Positions 56,901 to 64,000 of a stretch of DNA of 64,000 nt are shown piece by piece. The DNA comes from Ostrea edulis (lineage: Eukaryota), in assembly GCF_947568905.1 (NCBI RefSeq), contig NC_079168.1:28396001-28460000 (forward strand). The letters run 5' to 3'. How positions within the stretch are numbered: the first letter of the stretch is position 1; every line of letters starts with the position of its first letter. The notes under the pieces were generated by a model, which saw only the letters and a program-made list of their open reading frames with translations, did not search any database and was not told where the DNA came from. The position numbers were made by a program, and so were the translations under genes.

Positions 56901-59900
56901 TTTCAGTGGCATACATTATTTGTCAACAAATGTGACGTCAAAATGGATTCAAAGTAGTCCCTGAGATTTTACAATGTGGGCTTTCAGATAATCTACAGTA
57001 TATAAAGTCTGTAAGAAACCAGATGTGTTTGGGAAACACTGATTTACCCCCCCCCCCCTCCTATATATAGCAACACTGTAATTCTGATACTAAACTGTAG
57101 TAAAAGAAAGGTCTTGTCACAAGGAATACAAATGTGAAATATGAAAGCCCTAGTACTAAGCTTTCAAAGGTTAATGCTAAGAGGTTAATTTTATTTTTAA
57201 AGTAGGTCAAATGCCATGGTGAAGGTAATGAGGTCAACAATGGTGGTACCAAATGAAAGGTCTTGTCACAAGGAATATTCATACTATGAAAGCCCAAACA
57301 CTAAGCATTTAAAAGTTATGACCAAGGTTAAAGTTTTTCAAAAATAAGTCAAACCCCAAGGTGAAGGTCATGAGGTCAACAATATTGGTACCCAAAGAAA
57401 GGTCTTGTCACAAGGAAAACACGTGTAAAATATGAAAGTCCTAGTACTAAGCATTCAAAAGTTAAGGCTAAGGTTAAATCTATTTTTTCAAAAGTAGGTC
57501 AAACTCCAAGGTGAAGGTCATAAAGTCAACAATGTTGGTACCAAAAGAAAGGTCTTGTCACAAGGAATATTCATACAATGTACTAATTTTTTCAAAAGTA
57601 GGTCAAACTCCAAAGAGAAGGTCATGAGGTCAACAATGTTGGTACCTAAGAAAAGAATACACATATGAAATATGAAAGCCCTAGCACTCAGCATTCAAAA
57701 GTTATGAGCAACGTTAATTTTTTTTTTATTCTTTATATACTGTAGATTATCTGAAAGCCCACAGGTTCTAAAAATAACAGAGAAATACGTTATTGTTTTA
57801 TTTTTACTAGGACATTTACCAGACCAGGTCAGTGGGTGATTTCTTGCCTACGACAGCAGCGAAATTCAGACTAGTATTTCTGTTATTTTTAGAACCTGTG
57901 GCTTGAAATTTGGCATGCAAGTAGGTAAGACATTAATCTATGCAAGGAGACTGGCAAATTACGCATACCACACCTAGTTTCTGATTTTTAAGGCATTTGA
58001 AGCGAGTGGGTAGTTTTTTTTATCTGGGTCAGAGTTAGACCCCTTTCTATATTTATGGTATCACAGAATTCAGGCCCAAAACAGGCTTAGCCCCTGTAGA
58101 TTACCTGAATGTGTATGATAATAATAATGATTACCTGAATGTGTACGATAATAATGATTACCTGAATGTGTATGATAATAATAATGATTACCTGAATGTG
58201 TATGATAATAATAATGATTACCTGAATGTGTATGATAATAATAATGATTACCTGAATGTGTATGATAATGATAATGATTACCCGAATGTGTATGATAATA
58301 ATCATGATTACCTGAATTTGTATGATAGTAATAATGATTACCTGAATGTGTACGATAATAATAATAATATAATTACCTGAATGTGTGTGATAATAATGAT
58401 TACCTGAATGTGTATGATAATAATAATGATTACCTGAATGTGTACGATAATAATAATAATTACCTGAATGTGTATGATAATAATAATGATTACCTGAATG
58501 TGTATGATAATAATAATGATTACCTGAATGTGTATGATAATAATAATGATTACCCGAATGTGTATGATAATAACAATAATTACCTGAATGTGTATGATAA
58601 TAATAATAATGATTACCTGAATGTGTGTGATAATAATGATTACCTGAATGTGTATGATAATAACAATAATTACCGGAATGTGTATGATAATAATAATGAT
58701 TACCTGAATGTGTATGATAGTAATAATGATTACCTGAATGTGTATGATAATAATAATGATTACCTGAATGTGTATGATAATAATAATGATTACCTGAATG
58801 TGTATGATAATAATAATGATTACCTGAATGTGTACCATAATAATAATGATTACCTGAATGTGTATAATAATAATAATGATTACCTGAATGTGTGTGATAA
58901 TAATAATGATTACCCGAATGTGTATGATAATAATAATGATTACCTGAATGTGTATGATAATAATAATGATTACCTGAATGTGTACGATAATAACAATGAT
59001 TACCTGAATGTGTATGATAATAATAATGATTACCTGATCCAGTGGGCCCCAGCATTAACACATTACTCTTCTGTAACGTGATCTGTTTGGAGTCGTCCTC
59101 GGGAGACATCAATGGGGGGTCACTTTCCTCCTTCTGATGAGAATTAAACCCCAAGGCACTGGATGCATGCCCTCTGATAGCAGCCTCCAGGGACTCTGTG
59201 AAAATCAAAATACACAAATAGTCAAAACATTACACAGCTGACATCTTACAATACCAACCTGCAATACATTAAATTTATACTACTTGTGACATAATGTCAA
59301 TGATGTCAGTGCAATGTATCATATTATCAGGTAATTTTAGTGTCAGGAATATTAAATTGATTTTTTTTTCAAACAGGCATGTAGAATCGGTGGGAAGAAG
59401 GGGAGGGGGATGTGTTCTGCCCTTACTTTTTCATGACAATAACTATCATTCTATTATTTGTTATTTTGTAATGCAAATAAATGATATATTGGATGACTGC
59501 CCCCACCCCATTATTTCCAACAGTAATAATGAATAAGGAGAATGAAAGCTTGAAAGTTATGAATAGAAACTATCTAGCCAAGTATGATCATTGGCACTAA
59601 AAGACTGCAACAACAGCAACCCAAGATTTGGGAAAAAAGTTTTTTGAGGCAGTCATAGTAGAAGACTCTGACCCCCCCCCCCCCCCCCCCCCCCCCCCCC
59701 TACCAACTGAATTTAGAAAATGGGACAACACCTGATATTTTGCTTTGCTTGTCAATATACTAATTTTTCATTCTGCTACCCCCCCCCCCCCCCCCCCCAC
59801 CACATTTAACAAGAATATCAGTCAATCTGATGGATGCTTCCAGAACTGCATCTAACCATTGAACTACTTCATACGACAAATAATTCGCACAATGATCAAT

Positions 59901-60349
59901 AATTCTTGAAATATTGTTGAAAATATTAATTTTATACATGTTGACCTTTATAAAATGACCTTGAGTGACCCCCCCCCCCCCTTTTGTCTAAAAACCATTT
60001 TCCTATTACTTATCTGTGTGATATACAGTATGATCAATACCTGTTCAAACAAGATGTGTTTGTGAAACACAAATTTTCTCTATAATGGTCCATTCCAAAG
60101 ATGGGCAAGGTCAAAAGGACAAATATTTTGGTACCAGTAGAAAGATCTCGTCACAAGAACTGCGCATGTGCAATATGAAAGCTCTAATATTCACCATTCA
60201 GAAGTTATGACCAAAGTCAAATTTTTAAAAAGTAGGTCAAAAGGTTTAGTACCCACGGAAAGGTCTTGTCACAAGGAACACTCAGTGAAATATCAAAGCT
60301 CTAGCACTTACTATTCAAAAGTTATTAGCAAGGTTAAAATTTTCAAAAT

Positions 60350-60382
<33 letters not shown>

Positions 60383-60483
60383 AAAACATGTTGGTACCCA
60401 CGGCAAGGTTTTGTCACAAGGAATACTTATGTGAAATATCTCGCACTTACTGTTCAAAAGTTATTAGCAAGGTTATAGTTTTC

Positions 60484-60521
<38 letters not shown>

Positions 60522-60552
60522 TAAAAATGTTGATACCCACGGAAAGGTCTTG

Positions 60553-60593
<41 letters not shown>

Positions 60594-61440
60594 TACTGTT
60601 CAAAAGTTAATAGCAACAGGGTTTGACATTTACTTTTTTGAGCACTAGACCAGTCGGGCTACTTCAAATGATTTTTACTAGACCTGACTTTATATCCACT
60701 AGCCCTGACCAACTTTCCAGACAAAAACTGATAGTTTCTCCATATTTAAATACTTCATTTAAATGACAAACGTTAAGTTTGAACCAAAACGTATTTAATT
60801 GTCTCAAAAATATCTAAGTCTCGTCATTCAATGTGATTTTCAAACACGTTTTCTGTTTCTTCAAATTCTACCCGTCACGGATATTCTTTAGTCTATTTAG
60901 TATAAAATGACCTCAACCGGCTTTTTATTTAATTTATATTTCATAAGCCCTGCTTTGTTTCTTCCTAGCCTTTTCTTTTTTCTCCTGGTACGTCTTTCCT
61001 TGAGGACGAGAAGTCGTATTTAAATATAGAGACATTCCCGCACATATGTCAACACCGATAAATAGCTGTTTACGACGTAATTTATTAACTTGATAAACAC
61101 TTTATTATAGTCAATTCAAATAAACTGTTTAAAATTAACATCGAGTAGATGTCGTGAAACACCGACCGCGACATATTTATTAGAACTAAAAATAGAGATT
61201 ATTCCATCACACGGTTCAAGATTGCTTGCAAACTCTTTACAGTTATTTTCTTTTAGTTAAGAATAAAATATCTTATGGTTTAAAGTAAAGTTTCTTGTTT
61301 ATTTTTTTGACACGACTAGTCGGACTAGTAAATCGACATTTTACCCGATCGGACCTATCATTTAGTAGACTCGGTCGGTCGGACGTGCCTTAGTGTCAAA
61401 CCCTGAGCAAGGTTAAAGTTTCAGACAGGATGACAGAATT

Positions 61441-61476
<36 letters not shown>

Positions 61477-62316
61477 GATCTTCGATCTTGGGGGCATAAA
61501 ATGTTGATTTAAGGAACTTTTCCTTATATAAGGTATATGTTCCAAGTTACCTTTCCCTTTCCAAAATGACCTTGAAAGACATTTGTCTGAAAGGCATTTG
61601 CCTGTTACTTATTTGTATATATGATCAAAACCTGTTCAAAAACTGTTGAAATAAGGAACTTTTTTCTTGTATAAGCTATATGTTCTGAGTGACTTTGACC
61701 TTTACAAAATGACCTTGGTCCAAATGTCCATGTCCCTAAGAATATTTGTGATCAATTATGATCAATTTCTGACAAAAGGTTTAGGACAAATGAGCTTGAA
61801 TGGACAGACGTGACACTCCCCTGAAATTTTTTTCGGGATTGTAAAATTGATATGTGCATGTTTAAAAGTTGATTGAAATACCCTGTAGCCCCTAGTCAGG
61901 TGGGTTTGTAAGGGCATGATGTTAAAACCCTGACTGTCATTATGTGAATAAATGTTGTGTGAACCTTTAAAAAAAAAGTTGATTGAAAGTTCATTGTTTT
62001 ATATTTTGGAGCAAAATTGTTTTTTGGCACTAGAAATTATGATGAATTTTCCTCATCCACCAGAAAAGCCAACATTTTCAGCACACCAAACTGACCTGAC
62101 ACAAGGTATTCTCAGAGGTAATTTTTCATAAATAAATGTCCACTTGTTCCTCATTTTACCTGCAAACAGATTTTCGCCAAGTTTGGCCTTTGGCTGGGTG
62201 GTTTGACTGCTGCTCTTTGCCCATTTAACCCTCTTATAGTGGTTGTACGAAGCCACGGCCAGGCTCTTCTTGGCCATTTCCTGACCTATCACATGCTCAT
62301 CTAGAAATCTGTGAAT
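50925..62316 (-). CDS. CLPX: Mitochondrial ClpX-like AAA+ unfoldase, last 7 exons (5' part outside window or not found)
   Basis: Exons 62316-62160, 59195-59034, 56189-56025, 55244-54973, 53290-53012, 52833-52741, 51092-50925, phases consistent. Motifs [21 protein letters not shown], Walker A GPTGSG|KT, pore-1 GYVG, Walker [25 protein letters not shown] loop, [14 protein letters not shown]. Confidence 0.93.
53829..54753. repeat. 39-41-bp minisatellite, ~23 copies, in a ClpX intron
   Basis: Unit AAAGGTACGTGTATGTAATGTCCACATACTGATAAACTT with a +2 variant; explains ORF 53745..54815. Confidence 0.95.
57021..57720 (+). mobile_element. Truncated HINE-like element with diverged ~146-bp-family satellite units
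   Basis: CCAGATGTGTTTGGGAAACAC start; repeated AAAGGTCTTGTCACAAGGAATA units; flanked by a 33-bp inverted repeat (~56975-57007 / 57731-57763). Confidence 0.65.
58099..59036 (-). repeat. 30-bp tandem array, ~31 copies, starting exactly at a ClpX splice donor
   Basis: Minus-strand unit GTAATCATTATTATTATCATACACATTCAG; the first copy begins at the authentic GGATCAG|GTAATC donor (59034/59033). Confidence 0.95.
60049..61501 (+). mobile_element. HINE-like element with ~146-bp units, interrupted by a 5-bp-TSD element
   Basis: Same termini as 16176..17630. Confidence 0.78.
60617..61405 (+). mobile_element. CAGGGTTTGACA-ended TIR element, 5-bp TSD (hAT5-like), copy A
   Basis: TSD AGCAA (60612-60616, 61406-61410). 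Confidence 0.88.
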
Positions 62317-62712
62317 CTAAAAACACAACAAACACTTACTGAAAGATAATATCTGCAACAGAAATCATTAATGCTGGATCCAACATTGAGTCCAATGTGT
62401 ACATTAACAAGGTACAATGAAGTTAATATGCACTCTCTCGATGCTTTATACATTATACAAAAAAAAGTTTGGTAATCACTAATCAGGTGGCCCATGTACT
62501 ATTTCCTGTGCAGTAATCCCAGTCACTAGGAGATAGTCTGATAATGTACAACAGTAAGGATATCAACAGCTCTGACCAACAATCTTACAGATTGGATATA
62601 CATGTACAGTGTATGTGCAACTTTGACCTAAATTCCACACTGTTTGGGATAACTGTCCTGCATTACTTACAGTTTGGGCAATCAGGAATTTTTCTACCAA
62701 AAATTATTACTA

Positions 62713-63532
62713 CAGGGTTTGACACTAAGGCACGTCCGACTGACCGAGTCTACTAAATGATAGGTCCGGTCGGGTAAAATGTCGACTTACTAGTCCGACT
62801 GGTCGTGTTTAAAAATAAACAAATTTAAGAAAGTTTGTTTTAAATCATAAGATATTCTATTCTTTGAAAAAAAAAAAGTTTATGAGCAATTTTGATCCAC
62901 ATGACATAATCTATATTTTTAGTTCTAATAAGTCGCAGTCGGAAGTGATGCTCTACGACATCTACACAATGTTAATGTGTGTAATGTTATGTTTTGGTTA
63001 GATAGAATTATTGAATTCATTTTCATTAAAAAAATAAAACAGTTCATTTGAATTGAATATAAGAAAGTGTTGATCAAATTAATGAATTACGTCGTAAACA
63101 ACAATTTTTTGGTGTTTACATATGTGCGGGAATGTCTATATTCAAATACAATTTCTCGTCCTCAAGGAAAGCAAACGATGTCCCAAGAAAGAGAAAAAAG
63201 GAAAACGTTGAGAAGAAGTGCTTATGAAATAGAAATAAAAAAAATATATTGAGGTCATTTTATTCTAAATGGATTAAAGAATTTTCGTGCCGGTAAGAAT
63301 TTAAAGAAACTGAAAATATGATTGAAAGTATATAAAAACATCAAATTGAATGACGAGACTAAATCGTTTTTTGAGACAATTGTAATTTAAATTAAGTATT
63401 TAGATATGGAGAATCATCAGATTTTTTTCTGGAGAGTTGGTCAGGGCTAGTGGATGTAAGGTCAGGTCTAGCAAAAATCATTTGAAGTAGCCCGATTGGT
63501 CTAGTGCTCAAAAAAGTTAATGTCAAACCCTG
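62713..63532 (-). mobile_element. Same family, copy B, inverted relative to copy A
   Basis: TSD TACTA (62708-62712, 63533-63537); both ends match copy A in reverse complement. Confidence 0.88.
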
Positions 63533-64000
63533 TACTACCCTTTTCCCATAAAAAGGGAAAATTAAGAGCTACTGGCTCAAATTCAACACTGAAGGCATGA
63601 AGCAGCTAAGGGGTTCCAGGAGAATGCACCCTCGAATTTTTGTTGTTGTTGAAATGATGCAAAATCATGCAATCTGAGCATACCTGAGACTGCTTTTTAA
63701 AGACCAAAAATGCATTCACATTACAGCTTTGAATTTGCAAAATCCATCGCATTGTGCGACATAATGACATGGAATGAAGACCCGAATTATGACATTCTTG
63801 ATCATTAAGATGTTTTACATGGATGTGAACAAATAATATATCTGACAAACGTCTGAATGATAAGAATATAGGAGAATGTCGATCCTGATTTAATCTAGAT
63901 ACCTCAATACATGCTTAAATTTCAGGTGAAGCAAAGGGAATTTTTTGTTTACAAAATGGGAAAATTATTCTCCTAAAGGGGAAAATTTCACTAATTTTGG

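Noticed and set aside
58087-59217. 376-aa His/Tyr-rich ORF and the antisense Asn/Asp/Tyr-rich ORFs as real proteins
   Set aside because: They are read-through of a ClpX exon into a 30-bp intronic repeat; the correct splice restores GPTGSGKT.
59671-59800. Long poly-C/poly-G tracts (also 15900, 20286, 21388) as functional G-quadruplex elements
   Set aside because: Mostly internal to MITE-like repeats, and homopolymer length is unreliable in assemblies.

Overview
AT-rich, repeat-dense animal genomic DNA, most likely an oyster (Ostreidae), judged from HindIII/Cg170-like ~166-bp satellite units inside Helentron-type elements and abundant mollusc-type SINE and Penelope remnants. Six protein-coding genes are reconstructed by hand from GT-AG sites with consistent phases: intronless SVOP (+), a 4-exon C15orf40/UPF0235 homolog (+), a 10-exon 739-aa DEG/ENaC channel (-), an intronless membrane-anchored Mab-21/cGAS-fold protein with two catalytic acids replaced by Gln (-), an ankyrin-SOCS box protein (+), and the last 7 exons of mitochondrial ClpX (-). 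The gaps hold many TIR elements with readable target-site duplications (3, 4, 5, 6, 8-9 bp), deep nesting and TE-derived tandem arrays. Most striking: (i) a ~31-copy array rebuilding the ClpX splice donor that splits the Walker A motif; (ii) the cGAS-like pseudoenzyme; (iii) a MULE-like element carrying an intact PHD-finger exon, with two nested sibling elements, one a 2.2-kb hairpin; (iv) a satellite derived from a Penelope terminus. Family names come from motif recall, not database searches.
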